Shown: positions 1-10,976 of the stretch, one piece after another
Layout of the letters: every line of letters begins with the position of its first letter
How positions within the stretch are numbered: the stretch's first letter is position 1
IMG/VR virus record: IMGVR_UViG_3300033143_006101
Coordinates: 62,001 to 126,000 of that record
Length of the DNA stretch: 64,000 bases
Direction: 5' to 3' (one strand)
The notes under the pieces: model-generated
What the model was told of the DNA's origin: nothing
The model's input: only the letters and a program-made list of their open reading frames with translations
The model's database searches: none
Position numbers and translations under genes: made by a program

Positions 1-3000
1 TTAACTTTAAATGACGCAGTAGAATTAGAATTCTATGGTTTTGTAGTCGGCAAATCAGATATGTATTATGGAATTACCGGTGTAGAGCTTGGCGTATTAA
101 AAACAAATAGATTAGATACCGCAGCTTTAAATACTCAATGGGAAGTTGGATATGAATATAAAATATCGGATCTTGTAATGGTAGGCCAAGGTATTTTTCG
201 TTGTGCAATAGAACATACTTCAAGTAGCAATTTTACAACAGATTTTGATGCAGCTTATTGGGAAGTTCCTTTTGAAGATGGAACTGTTACTACTGCTAAA
301 TTTGCAGAGGGTGCTATTCAAGAAATAATGGCATCAACAATTACTAACTTACGAAATAGGCTTGATGCATCAGAAAATCAACTCCTAGAAATCAGCTTAC
401 AAAATTTTTATCAATCACAACAAACAAATGTAAATGCTAATTTCTTTTTGGAAACCTTTTTAAATGAAGATAAAAATGATGCTACTTTAGAAAATTCAGC
501 TAATAATCTTGTACAAATCATGGATGATACTGACTGGAATAACAACTGGAAAGAACGAGAAGGTGTTCCTAATTTTAAAAATGGATTTATGCGTCCACCA
601 AAACAATCTTATATGTTAGAAATAATTGATGAATATAATCTTAAAGGGATTGGGCAAATTTCAAAGGGTGGAATAAGTCAATATGATACTACAAGTAATT
701 GTTATTGGTTAATGACTAATAATGGTTCTAATGGTATTGGAGAAATAGTTAAACTTTCTCATAATATGAAAGATGGGAGAGTGGAAGTATTAGATAGATG
801 GTATTTAAATGCAAAAGGAAGTAGTTATTACTGGTCAGGAATAGATTCGGATGAATCATATGTTTATGCTGTTGTACATGGAGATTCACTTTCTACATCA
901 GCTATATATTCATTTGCTATAAATTCTGATGGTACAATAGGGTATAGCCATGTTCCTAATGGAGGCACAATATATGTAGGATTAACAGGAAGTATAACTA
1001 CTGTTAATGGAAGTGATCAAATAACTGTATCTTCTACTAACCCGTATCGAGTTGGTTTAAGGATAGATGCTATTGGAATACCTGCAGGATCTTATATTAC
1101 AAAAATAATAAGTTCAACTGTATTTGAAATATCAGAAGATGCTACAGCAGATGGTTCACCTAGTGCAGAATTTAATGATTATTATAGGGCACATCCAATA
1201 GCTGCTAGTGGATCAGATGTTGGTTATTATACTGATTGTTGTATTTGGGATGAGAATGATATAATGGTGCTTGTTTGTAATGGTACAACAAATGTAAATT
1301 TAATTTCTTTAGCACAAGGTACTCTTACAACTGGGACAGCTAGTAATCAAACAGGTTTAGAAAAATATATAGGAGGATCACTATCTAAATGCAGGAGTAT
1401 AACAAAATACGGAAATGATTTATATACAAGAGTTAATGATAATACAGATACTTATAGATTTATATATAAATTTGATGTAACTACTGATATAGATACTAAT
1501 ATTTTTATAAAAGCAAGCGGAAGATGGCATACTTCAAGAAATTTTGAGCCTAGAACAGCATCCGGAGGAATAACAATAGGTTATCATGGAGATTTATTAG
1601 AAATAGAAAGTACAACTAATACTGGTGATTTTATATCTCATCGATCATTAAAGAACGCACTCTGGGCAGAGAATCAAGTAGTAGGAGAAATACAAACTAC
1701 TGCTGGGCCTACAACTGATGATAATAGAGCAATTTGTTTTGATGGCGATTATGTGTGGTATAGTGCTAATAATAATAATACAAATGCGGTAAGACTATAT
1801 AGAAGAAATGTATCTACTGGTGCAGAAACGTATACGACTGTTAATGCCGGGAATTGGGATCATATATCAGGCATGTGTTGGGATGATGTTGGAGGAACAG
1901 ATTATTTCTTCATACTCGGAGAGTCTTCGATCTCTACTGGTAGATCAATTACAAGAACAGTTTTAGAAAGTGCATTAGGAGGAACTTTAAATTTCACCTC
2001 TCCTAGTACAGAAGGTTCTCCTGTTGGGGATGGATATGATTTTGCAGCTTTCCAAACTGGAGAAACTCAATATGATATTTGTACTGACGGTACATACCTG
2101 TATATTATAAATGAAAGTATAAATACAATAGATAGATGGAATCTTTTAGTAACCCCTACTATAGAAACAGCTGGTTATATAACTATCCCTGCAGCAGGTG
2201 ATTTCTGGTCTGGGATAGCATGGAAAGATAATAAACTTTATCTTTATGAAGATCAATCAGCAAAACTAGGTAAAATCCATGTAATTGAAGATGAGCCGGA
2301 TGGTAGCGGTGACTGGTATAAAATACATTTATATCAAAGTCCAAATAGCGGAATAACAGATACATACTCAATGGATTTTGATTCTGATAATAATTTATGG
2401 CTAATGGATTATGCTAGTATGAAAATGTTTGGATTCAAAACTTTTGAAGATCCTGATGTAATGCAATTACATACTTTTATAGATTCTAATAATATACTTC
2501 TTACAGATAATGTAGCCTGCTCAACACCTATAGTAGAAAGACATTTTGATCCTGATGCATTTACTGAATGGTTGCCTGTTGATATTTATGGAAATTATGA
2601 TCCTAATAATCCTGATCATTATGGGAATATCCCTTCTCTACGAAATGTTCCTGATATGAATTATTGTGCAGTAGGATATGGAAATGAAGGATTTAGTATA
2701 CTTCATCTCGATGCATTTCTCTCTGATAAATCTACTACAGGTAAAGATAGATACGATGTTAGAAAAATTACAGTACAGCACTATGAGGAGGGTACTGCAA
2801 ATCTATTTGGGTATGATTCAGCAGGCCATGCTTATGTAAGTAGTTTATCTATTGAGCGAGATATAATTGTAGTAATAGCTAATAGTGATGATGGAATTAA
2901 TGGTGTGTATAATGTAGTGGTTGATTTAAAATCTGGAGTTGCTACATATCTTTATATATCCACTCATTCTGGTAAAATATATAATGGAACGCTTTCTGAA

Positions 3001-4059
3001 AGGAATGATGGTAAAGGTATTACTGGAGTTAGTAATTCCGAACTTAACACATCACATACCTACTATAATTATAAAAGTCATGCCCACACATTCACAAAAG
3101 AAGATGCTAGTGATTATCAGGGAGAAAATCCAATAACTTTTGTAGCTATAGGTAATGAGGGTGGTTGTGATCTTCTTAGAATAGATTGGGATGAAAATGG
3201 TAACAGAACTCCTGTTAAAGTGTGGAATAGTATATGCGAAAATGATGTATCTATGGGTCGGTATGCTTGTTGGATAGCCCCCTCGGGTTATATCTTTTTT
3301 GGGGATTACGAATCCACTGGTAATATTGCAACTCTGCAAACATCTGATACTTTAGGAGATAGCGGAGGAAGCCCATTACTTCCAGTATGGGAAGTAAATT
3401 CAAACACTCATAATAGAAAACTTATAGGTTCTAATATTCTCGGTGGTGATGCAGTAGATATAGCACCTAATAGTAGATGCTGGAAAGCTCCTTCTGGTGA
3501 ATGGAGGCATCAACTTATCTGCGGTACTTATGGTGCAGCTTCCTATAATTGGCAAACCTCTATTGTAGATGTTGAAAATGAGACTAGGGAATACATAGAA
3601 TTAAAAGGAAGTTCTGAATATTCCTCTTCAAATGTTGATATATTTGAAGACACTATTTATAGTATCGTTGAAGACAGGTATAGTACAAGTTATCCTTATT
3701 TTCTTGGAATAGCTAAAAAGTTACGATTTGATGATAACTATGCTTCTTATATGTTTAATAATTGGAGTGGAAGAAATCATTACGCCACTGGTAGTTATCC
3801 GGGAATTAGAGACGAGCATAGACCTCATTTTGTAGCATTTAGTAGTGGAGATACTGGGTATAATGCAAGAGTATGCAGATATAGTCCAGAAACTAATATA
3901 CTTACAATAGGAAGTAGCATTGCGGGACTACAACTATTTCACTTTCCTCAAATGAATAATTCGATTCAAAAAAGTATAGAAGTTACAATAGATAATCCGG
4001 AACAATTCCAATATATACAAAATTCAATATTAAATGGCAGTTTCAAGATTAATACATAG
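1..4059 (+). CDS. Large virion/tail-associated protein, 5'-truncated by the window edge; CBM5/12-like motif near N-terminus, beta-rich (propeller-like) body
   Basis: Frame is open from base 1 (no stop before ATG 61). Motif WEVGYEYKISDLV..G.IFRC..EHTS..F..D...YW resembles ChtBD3/CBM5-12. GIPAGSYITKI..TVFEIS is typical of phage tail proteins. G/S/T/D/N/Y/W-rich. Confidence 0.65.
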   Translation, partial: LTLNDAVELEFYGFVVGKSDMYYGITGVELGVLKTNRLDTAALNTQWEVGYEYKISDLVMVGQGIFRCAIEHTSSSNFTTDFDAAYWEVPFEDGTVTTAKFAEGAIQEIMASTITNLRNRLDASENQLLEISLQNFYQSQQTNVNANFFLETFLNEDKNDATLENSANNLVQIMDDTDWNNNWKEREGVPNFKNGFMRPPKQSYMLEIIDEYNLKGIGQISKGGISQYDTTSNCYWLMTNNGSNGIGEIVKLSHNMKDGRVEVLDRWYLNAKGSSYYWSGIDSDESYVYAVVHGDSLSTSAIYSFAINSDGTIGYSHVPNGGTIYVGLTGSITTVNGSDQITVSSTNPYRVGLRIDAIGIPAGSYITKIISSTVFEISEDATADGSPSAEFNDYYRAHPIAASGSDVGYYTDCCIWDENDIMVLVCNGTTNVNLISLAQGTLTTGTASNQTGLEKYIGGSLSKCRSITKYGNDLYTRVNDNTDTYRFIYKFDVTTDIDTNIFIKASGRWHTSRNFEPRTASGGITIGYHGDLLEIESTTNTGDFISHRSLKNALWAENQVVGEIQTTAGPTTDDNRAICFDGDYVWYSANNNNTNAVRLYRRNVSTGAETYTTVNAGNWDHISGMCWDDVGGTDYFFILGESSISTGRSITRTVLESALGGTLNFTSPSTEGSPVGDGYDFAAFQTGETQYDICTDGTYLYIINESINTIDRWNLLVTPTIETAGYITIPAAGDFWSGIAWKDNKLYLYEDQSAKLGKIHVIEDEPDGSGDWYKIHLYQSPNSGITDTYSMDFDSDNNLWLMDYASMKMFGFKTFEDPDVMQLHTFIDSNNILLTDNVACSTPIVERHFDPDAFTEWLPVDIYGNYDPNNPDHYGNIPSLRNVPDMNYCAVGYGNEGFSILHLDAFLSDKSTTGKDRYDVRKITVQHYEEGTANLFGYDSAGHAYVSSLSIERDIIVVIANSDDGINGVYNVVVDLKSGVATYLYISTHSGKIYNGTLSERNDGKGITGVSNSELNTSHTYYNYKSHAHTFTKEDASDYQGENPITFVAIGNEGGCDLLRIDWDENGNRTPVKVWNSICENDVSMGRYACWIAPSGYIFFGDYESTGNIATLQTSDTLGDSGGSPLLPVWEVNSNTHNRKLIGSNILGGDAVDIAPNSRCWKAPSGEWRHQLICGTYGAASYNWQTSIVDVENETREYIELKGSSEYSSSNVDIFEDTIYSIVEDRYSTSYPYFLGIAKKLRFDDNYASYMFNNWSGRNHYATGSYPGIRDEHRPHFVAFSSGDTGYNARVCRYSPETNILTIGSSIAGLQLFHFPQMNNSIQKSIEVTIDNPEQFQYIQNSILNGSFKINT

Positions 4060-4132
4060 GAATTAAATATGAGTAATCAAAAATACACAGATATTTTACA
4101 ATCTCAAGAGAAAATTAAGGAGATAATATAAA

Positions 4133-7100
4133 ATGGGTAAAACAACAATTATACCAAAACAAGATGCTGCCATAAGCTATACAGGTAATTGGACAGGACT
4201 GGCAGGTGGTAATGAAATTCAGATGGAAGATGCTGGTAATGATTCCAATGCATCAGGAACTTTTGGTGTTACTGCAAGACAATTAGCAGACGGAGACGGT
4301 GCTGGAGCAGTAGGTCTTATAGAAGGTATGGATTACAATTATGATGCAAGATTAGATGATCCCGCAGGTAATGGTGTAGATATATATGATACTTCTACGG
4401 GAGGTGCTCTCGCAGAAAATAAATATTTAAGAATAGTAGAAAATGGAGCTAATATCGCTGAAACTGCTGGTGGCGGTACAAAGAGAAGCCAAATCCTTGA
4501 AGTTTATGCTAAAGATTTAACTCAATTAATTTCTCCTCCTTATGATCAAGTATATGTAGATCCTGCAAAAGGAAAATTTGTTTTACCTAGACCAAACTAT
4601 TATACTAAATGCACTGATTGGACTAATATCACTTCTCCAGAAATAGGTCAAGCTATTAAAACTTCAAATGCAGGAGAATTTCTAGATCCAACCATAAAAT
4701 TTGGAAATGGTATATGGGGTAGTTTTTCAGATGTTACTAAATATATTGATTTAGATCTATCAGATAACTTTTCAAGTTTTGATACTGGTACTTTATCGTT
4801 ATGGTATCAGCATTATCAATCCAATGCTTCTGTAGATATTATGTTTAGTGATACTTCAGTAAATAATTATGCCAAAATTTATAATTATGGTGGAAATAGA
4901 TATAAATTATTAAATCTTAGTGCGGTTGGTGGTACGAATTCAGGTGCTGCAATGGATAATACTAACATTCCAGCTGCTGCAATTACCACCCATCTTTATG
5001 TTGTATGGGATACAGGAAATGGATTAGATAGTAGTAAATCTGTAAGAGTATTTGTAGATGGAGTTGAAGTAATAAGTACAACTGATGCTAGTTTAACTTT
5101 TTCAAAAGTTAGAATTAGAATATACACAGTATCTGCAGCTTCTTCTGCAGCATATTCTAATATAAAAACATGGGAGGAGGTCGTTTCTGAAGATCCTTCT
5201 TGGGAATACAATGGAGGATCAGGAAGAGAAGATGCAATGCATTATATTTATGGTTCAGACAATGATTATAAACCAAAATTAGATAGTAGTACTAATCCTG
5301 ATAGTGGAGTAGGATATTATTATATACAAGAAGGAGTAGACACAACCGTTTCGCTTCCTCAACCTACTGGAACTGCTATAACAGAAGAAAGACAACTTGA
5401 AGATATTTCTGATTACTCTGCTGGTGTAGGATACTTTGGCCCCAATCATAGGTTATTTAAAAATGATTATTCTGCTTTGGTGGAAAACATTGACTACTAT
5501 ATAGATGAAGCATTAGATGGTACAGGTGTTCATGCAATTCTTATATGGGATGTTGGGGATAGTGGAGCTCTTGCCGGAGGTAGTGGTAGGTATATGAGAG
5601 TAGTTCATGATGGAACTAATGTTTCTACTGGAATAGGATTAAAACCTGTTGCAAAAGACACGTCTATTTCAGGAAATTTTCCTCCGGCAGATGCGTTAAC
5701 TGGAACAAAAGAATGTTGGATAGATATATCCAGGGGTAAAATAGTATTACCAAGACCTAACTATTGGAATAAATGTGAAGTAGAAAATGCTTTAAGATTG
5801 AACACCGCTGAAATATACGATGAAACTCCAGAAACATCTATTACAGATAATACTACTTATCCTGTAGTTACAGGTAAATTTTATAATGGAATTAGATTGT
5901 CTATAAATGCTGGTGATACTGATTTTTTCTATCCCTTTGGTTCTTCTTATGCAGGTTGTGAAAAAGGGACTATGTCATTTTGGATGTACTTTAATAATAA
6001 AGCAGCTAATAGAAAACCGGCAATTAGAATATATTTAAAAGAATCTACTACTGATACTTTTATAATATATCAATGGACTGGTACAGCATGGAATAATAAA
6101 ATAGTAATAAATGGTGTAAACCAGGATATTAATACTACTAATTGGGAAACAGACTATCATCATTTTTATATTGTTTGGGATATTGCTGGTGGTTTATCTG
6201 GTGGGAAAACAATTAGAGTCTTTTTTGACGGGGTAGAAGATTTAAGTACTACAAATAATTTTACAGTCGAAGATTTATTCATGACTTTTGCCAATACATT
6301 AGGAACAGATGGTGCTTGTGTTTATTTTGATAACCTTAAAATATGGAAAGATCAAATAGTGTCTGAAGATCCATCTTGGGAATACAATAGTGGTACAGGA
6401 AGAGAAAATGCTCTTCATGAAATATACGGATCTGGAAGTGACTATGAACCAAAGTTAACTTCCGGAGACAGTGGTGGCGTGGGATATTATTTCCAACAAG
6501 GTGGTGATGAGGAAATCCAACTTGAAGATGCTTCTGATATAGAAAATGGAATAGTATATACTGGAGGAACACATAATCTTGCTAAAGATGATTATAATCC
6601 TTTAGTAGAAGATACGGATTTTTATTATGATGAAGAACTTGATGGATCAGGTACACATTCTATAGATATTATAGATACTAATATTGCTGGTACTTTAGAT
6701 AGTGGTAAATATTTAAGAATAGTTCATAACGGACAAAATGTAATTACTCCTACTGGATTAAATCTACTTCCTAGAGCTACACAAATGATTTCAAATTATG
6801 TTACTCCTCCAGAAGGTGAAGTATGGGTTGATCCTTTAAGAGGAAAAATTATATTACCAAGACCTAAATATTGGAGTAAATGTGAGAGTTTGCTTAATGT
6901 TACAACAGATGCAGAAATATATGATGAAGCTAATATACCAATACTTTCAGCTGGTGGTGGAGAAGCGTGGACTATCAGTTCCCCGGGAAAATGGAATAAT
7001 ATGCTATATAGACCAAGTTCTATACAAGCTTATTATTTACATCCTTTTGGAACAGGTTCTTCTCTTAAGGAACAAGGAACACTATCTTTTTGGATAAAAC

Positions 7101-7585
7101 ACGGTGGCTCACAACCACTCACATATTTTTCACCAACCGGAAATACTACTGGATTTGGGTTTTTATGTCATTATATTGGAGGGTTTGATTGGTCATCGGC
7201 TTGGGTGCATGTATATTGTGTTTGGGATAAAAATAAATCTTTGGATAGTGGAACTAAATGGTTAAGATGTTGGAGAAATGGTGTGGAATGGACTCCTACA
7301 ACCTCACAAACTTGGGCTGAAGGTAGCCCACCAGTACCAGAATTCTATGTATTGGCGGGTGGATTATATGGAACAAATAGACTCGATAATATTAAAATAT
7401 GGGATCATATAGTAGCTGAAGATCCTGCATGGGAATACAATGGAGGATCAGGAAGAGAAGACGCACTCCATTATATGTATGGAACTTCAAATGGATATAA
7501 ACCAGCATTAACTTCTGGATTTAATGGCGGTGTAGGATACTTTAAACCCGATACTGCAGGAAGTTATATAAAATGGACAATATAG
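4133..7585 (+). CDS. Tail fibre/receptor-binding-like protein with three ~370-aa repeats, each with a LamG/concanavalin-A-like domain
   Basis: Three copies each of KGKxxLPRPxY, GT(L/M)S(L/F)W, H(L/F/V)Y(V/I/C)VWD, (V/I/L)R(V/C)xx(D/N)GVE, N(I/L)K(T/I)W and EDPxWEYNxGxGRE. Confidence 0.7.
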   Translation: MGKTTIIPKQDAAISYTGNWTGLAGGNEIQMEDAGNDSNASGTFGVTARQLADGDGAGAVGLIEGMDYNYDARLDDPAGNGVDIYDTSTGGALAENKYLRIVENGANIAETAGGGTKRSQILEVYAKDLTQLISPPYDQVYVDPAKGKFVLPRPNYYTKCTDWTNITSPEIGQAIKTSNAGEFLDPTIKFGNGIWGSFSDVTKYIDLDLSDNFSSFDTGTLSLWYQHYQSNASVDIMFSDTSVNNYAKIYNYGGNRYKLLNLSAVGGTNSGAAMDNTNIPAAAITTHLYVVWDTGNGLDSSKSVRVFVDGVEVISTTDASLTFSKVRIRIYTVSAASSAAYSNIKTWEEVVSEDPSWEYNGGSGREDAMHYIYGSDNDYKPKLDSSTNPDSGVGYYYIQEGVDTTVSLPQPTGTAITEERQLEDISDYSAGVGYFGPNHRLFKNDYSALVENIDYYIDEALDGTGVHAILIWDVGDSGALAGGSGRYMRVVHDGTNVSTGIGLKPVAKDTSISGNFPPADALTGTKECWIDISRGKIVLPRPNYWNKCEVENALRLNTAEIYDETPETSITDNTTYPVVTGKFYNGIRLSINAGDTDFFYPFGSSYAGCEKGTMSFWMYFNNKAANRKPAIRIYLKESTTDTFIIYQWTGTAWNNKIVINGVNQDINTTNWETDYHHFYIVWDIAGGLSGGKTIRVFFDGVEDLSTTNNFTVEDLFMTFANTLGTDGACVYFDNLKIWKDQIVSEDPSWEYNSGTGRENALHEIYGSGSDYEPKLTSGDSGGVGYYFQQGGDEEIQLEDASDIENGIVYTGGTHNLAKDDYNPLVEDTDFYYDEELDGSGTHSIDIIDTNIAGTLDSGKYLRIVHNGQNVITPTGLNLLPRATQMISNYVTPPEGEVWVDPLRGKIILPRPKYWSKCESLLNVTTDAEIYDEANIPILSAGGGEAWTISSPGKWNNMLYRPSSIQAYYLHPFGTGSSLKEQGTLSFWIKHGGSQPLTYFSPTGNTTGFGFLCHYIGGFDWSSAWVHVYCVWDKNKSLDSGTKWLRCWRNGVEWTPTTSQTWAEGSPPVPEFYVLAGGLYGTNRLDNIKIWDHIVAEDPAWEYNGGSGREDALHYMYGTSNGYKPALTSGFNGGVGYFKPDTAGSYIKWTI

Positions 7586-7595
7586 GAGATAAATT

Positions 7596-8372
7596 ATGGC
7601 AAGAGGAATAAAATTTTCCGGAATACAATTTAGAAAAGATGATGAATCCGGAATAGCACAAATAAGCATATTTAACTCAACAAGAGGAACTTATGTTGTT
7701 CAAGACGATTTAGTGGATTTATATACAGCAGATAAAGTTGCTGGTAATGGAGAATATGAAAAATTTACCTATTGGACATTATTAGATCCGAGTACAGATA
7801 CTTATATTGTAACCGCACAACATTCTGGAGCACATAATCCTAATTCAGGTGGATCATCCTGGCCAATACAAGTTATACAATACTTTATGACAGAAGAATT
7901 AAATGACGGAGAAATAGAAGTAATAGCTACTACATGGCATACTGATCATTTAGGAGATACATATACTTATACTTTTACTCCAAATACTAGACACGAAACA
8001 TATAACATTCAATATTTTAATGGGGATTCGAGTACAGGTAAATTCACACTTAACGATCCACATCATGCATCACAACCATATTTGTTTAGTAAAGACAGTG
8101 GAACTACCTGGTTCTATCCAACATCATATCTTGTATCTTGGGGAACTAATGTTCCTTTTTATAATGATAAACGTATAGATGCTAATGGACAATTTAGTAT
8201 TGTTTTTGACGATCCTCCAGATGTTGGAATTGGAAATGTATTAATTAAATATGCTCCAAAAGCAAATAAAATGATAATAGAAAGAACTATAAAACAACCA
8301 AATGATGGTGTAGATTTTTATGATTATAAACAGAATGTTAGATTACTTGATGATGGAGTAGAACACGTATAG
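7596..8372 (+). CDS. Putative tail/structural protein
   Basis: 258-aa beta-rich ORF with SD (taggag), contiguous with the tail genes. Confidence 0.5.
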   Translation: MARGIKFSGIQFRKDDESGIAQISIFNSTRGTYVVQDDLVDLYTADKVAGNGEYEKFTYWTLLDPSTDTYIVTAQHSGAHNPNSGGSSWPIQVIQYFMTEELNDGEIEVIATTWHTDHLGDTYTYTFTPNTRHETYNIQYFNGDSSTGKFTLNDPHHASQPYLFSKDSGTTWFYPTSYLVSWGTNVPFYNDKRIDANGQFSIVFDDPPDVGIGNVLIKYAPKANKMIIERTIKQPNDGVDFYDYKQNVRLLDDGVEHV

Positions 8373-8383
8373 GAGATAATATT

Positions 8384-8575
8384 ATGTATGAAATAACATC
8401 TACCGGAACAATAGATGCCGAAGCTATTCTAGAAGCTACTAATGATCTTACAACACTAATTAAATTAGAATTTATTACTGATGAGGATACTATATTAAAA
8501 CAGGATAAAATAATAAAACTTCTTTATGAAAGAGTAACGGAATTAGAATCAAGAATAGCAAAAATAGGAGGATAA
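8384..8575 (+). CDS. Small coiled-coil protein
   Basis: SD aggag; C-terminal LYERVTELESRIAKI heptads. Confidence 0.5.
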   Translation: MYEITSTGTIDAEAILEATNDLTTLIKLEFITDEDTILKQDKIIKLLYERVTELESRIAKIGG

Positions 8576-8576
8576 T

Positions 8577-8891
8577 ATGAGTATTACATTAGAACAATTG
8601 GTAGAACATTCTAGAAAAAAAAGAATATTCGCCAAAAAATTTGGTGTTTCTATGAGAGTAGTACAAAAATGTATAGATGAGTTGGCTTCTTTTGGTTTAA
8701 CTACTAATGGAGAATTTGATGTAGAAGATGTAATAGAATATGCCAGTGATCCAGAAAATATATTATATAACTTAATTGATTGGACAGCTGACACAGACAC
8801 ACAAAAAGCACAGATAAATGTGATACTTCAAAATATTTCATTACTAATATCTTCTTCAGATAATAAAGCATTTAATATAAAACTAAAATAA
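8577..8891 (+). CDS. Hypothetical protein
   Basis: SD aggagg; tightly packed in the operon. Confidence 0.55.
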   Translation: MSITLEQLVEHSRKKRIFAKKFGVSMRVVQKCIDELASFGLTTNGEFDVEDVIEYASDPENILYNLIDWTADTDTQKAQINVILQNISLLISSSDNKAFNIKLK

Positions 8892-8903
8892 AAGGATGAT
8901 ACT

Positions 8904-9293
8904 ATGGTAGCAGAGATAGATAAATTTTTTGATAAAATTAGTGATATAAATATCACAGACATGACAACATCAGAAATATTAAATATAGCAACGAGTAACG
9001 GATCTCCCTCACTTGTTGTTGCTATCGATGAAGAAGCAATGTTTATAACAGGAGAGATTTCTGAGAAAGATAAAGAATCATTAGAAAATCATTTAAAAAC
9101 TAATAAATATCATAAGATTGATTTAAACATACATAAAATGTCTTTATCAAGCAGTATCTACTTATTCAAAAAGTTTGGAAAAAAAGACATTACAATTTTA
9201 ATGGGAGTACTAGCTAAAAAAAATGATCGTAACAGAATAAAATTAATGGATATGCAATCACAATTTCTACTACAACGACAATCAGGCTGGTAA
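8904..9293 (+). CDS. Hypothetical protein
   Basis: SD aagga; tightly packed in the operon. Confidence 0.55.
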   Translation: MVAEIDKFFDKISDINITDMTTSEILNIATSNGSPSLVVAIDEEAMFITGEISEKDKESLENHLKTNKYHKIDLNIHKMSLSSSIYLFKKFGKKDITILMGVLAKKNDRNRIKLMDMQSQFLLQRQSGW

Positions 9294-9295
9294 AT

Positions 9296-9694
9296 ATGGA
9301 TAATATTGATGTAACTAAATTACTTGATCTAACAGAAAGAAGTGTAGATGCATGGGCTAAATTTCAAAACAGACTAGAAGATCTTTTAAAATCTACTGAA
9401 TGGCAAGCTTCAGAACTTAAAGAACTTAATAAACTATTAACAACTAAACCATGTATTACTGAAACAATACCTTATGCTACACTGGAAGCTAATATAAAAC
9501 AAGAATGGGAAAAACGTATTAAAGAACATGCAGATATTGTTACAGCTATTAAAGCATTAACAGAAAGTAATAGTAAAGTAACAGAAACAAATACTAAAAG
9601 AATAGAGCAAGCTAAAGATCTAACCTTCTGGCTTAAAATATTAATAGCTGTACTTACTATAGGAGGATTATTACTTGGGATATTTGTGGTTTAA
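9296..9694 (+). CDS. Coiled-coil protein with C-terminal transmembrane helix (holin/antiholin-like)
   Basis: C-terminal FWLKILIAVLTIGGLLLGIFVV; directly upstream of the lysin. Confidence 0.5.
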   Translation: MDNIDVTKLLDLTERSVDAWAKFQNRLEDLLKSTEWQASELKELNKLLTTKPCITETIPYATLEANIKQEWEKRIKEHADIVTAIKALTESNSKVTETNTKRIEQAKDLTFWLKILIAVLTIGGLLLGIFVV

Positions 9695-9706
9695 AGGAGA
9701 ACTGAA

Positions 9707-10426
9707 ATGTTTGGGTCAATAAAAATAGCAAATAATTTTATTCAATCTATATTAGGTTATAAAAAAGAGGCATTTGCACCAATAGAAGCAATACCAGAAG
9801 CCCCTGCTATTAATATATTCAAATCAACTCTTTATTACTTCTTAGAAAATTACTATAAAAAAATGGGAGTACCCTGGGAAGAAATAAATATGTTTGGTAT
9901 TCAAAATGAAAATAAGATGAATGAAGATGTTATAAATGATTGGATCTGTATAGCAGATAATAAAACCAAAATCATTTACAAATTTAGAGGAAGTACGAAT
10001 CCCGGAATTTATTATACTAATCACTTGATTAATTCTAAACTTAAAGGTGTTGCTCATATAGCCAATGGCTACCATCCTAAAGTATATGTAGTAGGTTTTC
10101 ATAAAGGAAAATATGAAGCTATGGTACAACGCGGAGCTAAGATTAGAATATGGAGAGATGTAGATAAAGATTTCAAGAAATCTACGAAAGATATTGTTTG
10201 TAAGGGCTGGTTTGGGACAAATATACATAAGATGTCGGATTGGAAAGTACTTACCCGTATAGGAAGATACAGTGCTGGATGCCAAATAATTGCGGATCCA
10301 AAGGAATTCAGACAATTTATGAGTATAGTGAAAGCAAGTAATCATTATAAAAGATATAGGGGAGCAGCACGTTTCAGTTATATGATTGTCCCTGTTAATT
10401 CAATTCCGCAAGAATTTCTGATATAG
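9707..10426 (+). CDS. Putative endolysin, L,D-transpeptidase (YkuD)-like Cys peptidase
   Basis: NIH-x14-SAGCQ resembles the H..S-x-G-C catalytic motif; flanked by membrane-protein genes. Confidence 0.65.
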   Translation: MFGSIKIANNFIQSILGYKKEAFAPIEAIPEAPAINIFKSTLYYFLENYYKKMGVPWEEINMFGIQNENKMNEDVINDWICIADNKTKIIYKFRGSTNPGIYYTNHLINSKLKGVAHIANGYHPKVYVVGFHKGKYEAMVQRGAKIRIWRDVDKDFKKSTKDIVCKGWFGTNIHKMSDWKVLTRIGRYSAGCQIIADPKEFRQFMSIVKASNHYKRYRGAARFSYMIVPVNSIPQEFLI

Positions 10427-10436
10427 GAGAAATAAG

Positions 10437-10874
10437 ATGAATAATGTAGAAGGAATACTTTTAACTGATAAACAATTAAAGGGACTCGAAAAATTAGGGG
10501 AAGACACTAAAAGAAAACCATCGTGGATAGCCAGGCTATTTGACTGGATAGATTATAATATATTAAGTCGCACAACAAAAATATGGGTATACTGCTTAGA
10601 GATAGTAGGAATTATTGCCCTTTTTATGGTGTTAGATGAATTTAAAACAGGGTTAGAATTGATACGTACCGCTAAAGATGCATTAGAATTACAAAAAGCT
10701 AAAGTATATATGGATGCAGTAATTACCTCAGCCCCCTCTTTGGCTACTATGATAGCTGTTATTGGAGGAGCATTACCTGGTTTGATAGGAGCATTAAGGA
10801 CATTGAAAAAGAAATGGATCAATGGATATGCAAATGGCAATGGGCACGCAAATAAGGAAGAGGATACTGCATAA
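10437..10874 (+). CDS. Putative holin
   Basis: Two hydrophobic segments and a charged C-terminus, immediately after the lysin. Confidence 0.5.
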   Translation: MNNVEGILLTDKQLKGLEKLGEDTKRKPSWIARLFDWIDYNILSRTTKIWVYCLEIVGIIALFMVLDEFKTGLELIRTAKDALELQKAKVYMDAVITSAPSLATMIAVIGGALPGLIGALRTLKKKWINGYANGNGHANKEEDTA

Positions 10875-10920
10875 TTAAATTGTCCTTCCAAATTAATCTT
10901 CAATATAACTTCAAATTTAT

Positions 10921-10963
10921 TGTATCTCCCAGTATGGGAATACTGGGAGATACATATTTTTTT
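10921..10963 (+). terminator. Intrinsic terminator after the lysis cassette
   Basis: Perfect 15-bp stem tgtatctcccagtat/atactgggagataca with ggga loop, followed by a T-run. Confidence 0.75.
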
Positions 10964-10976
10964 AAAGGAGGGAAGG

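Noticed and set aside
4133-7585. Diversity-generating retroelement TR/VR pair
   Set aside because: No reverse transcriptase. The repeats are in-frame protein modules, and the differences are not adenine-specific.
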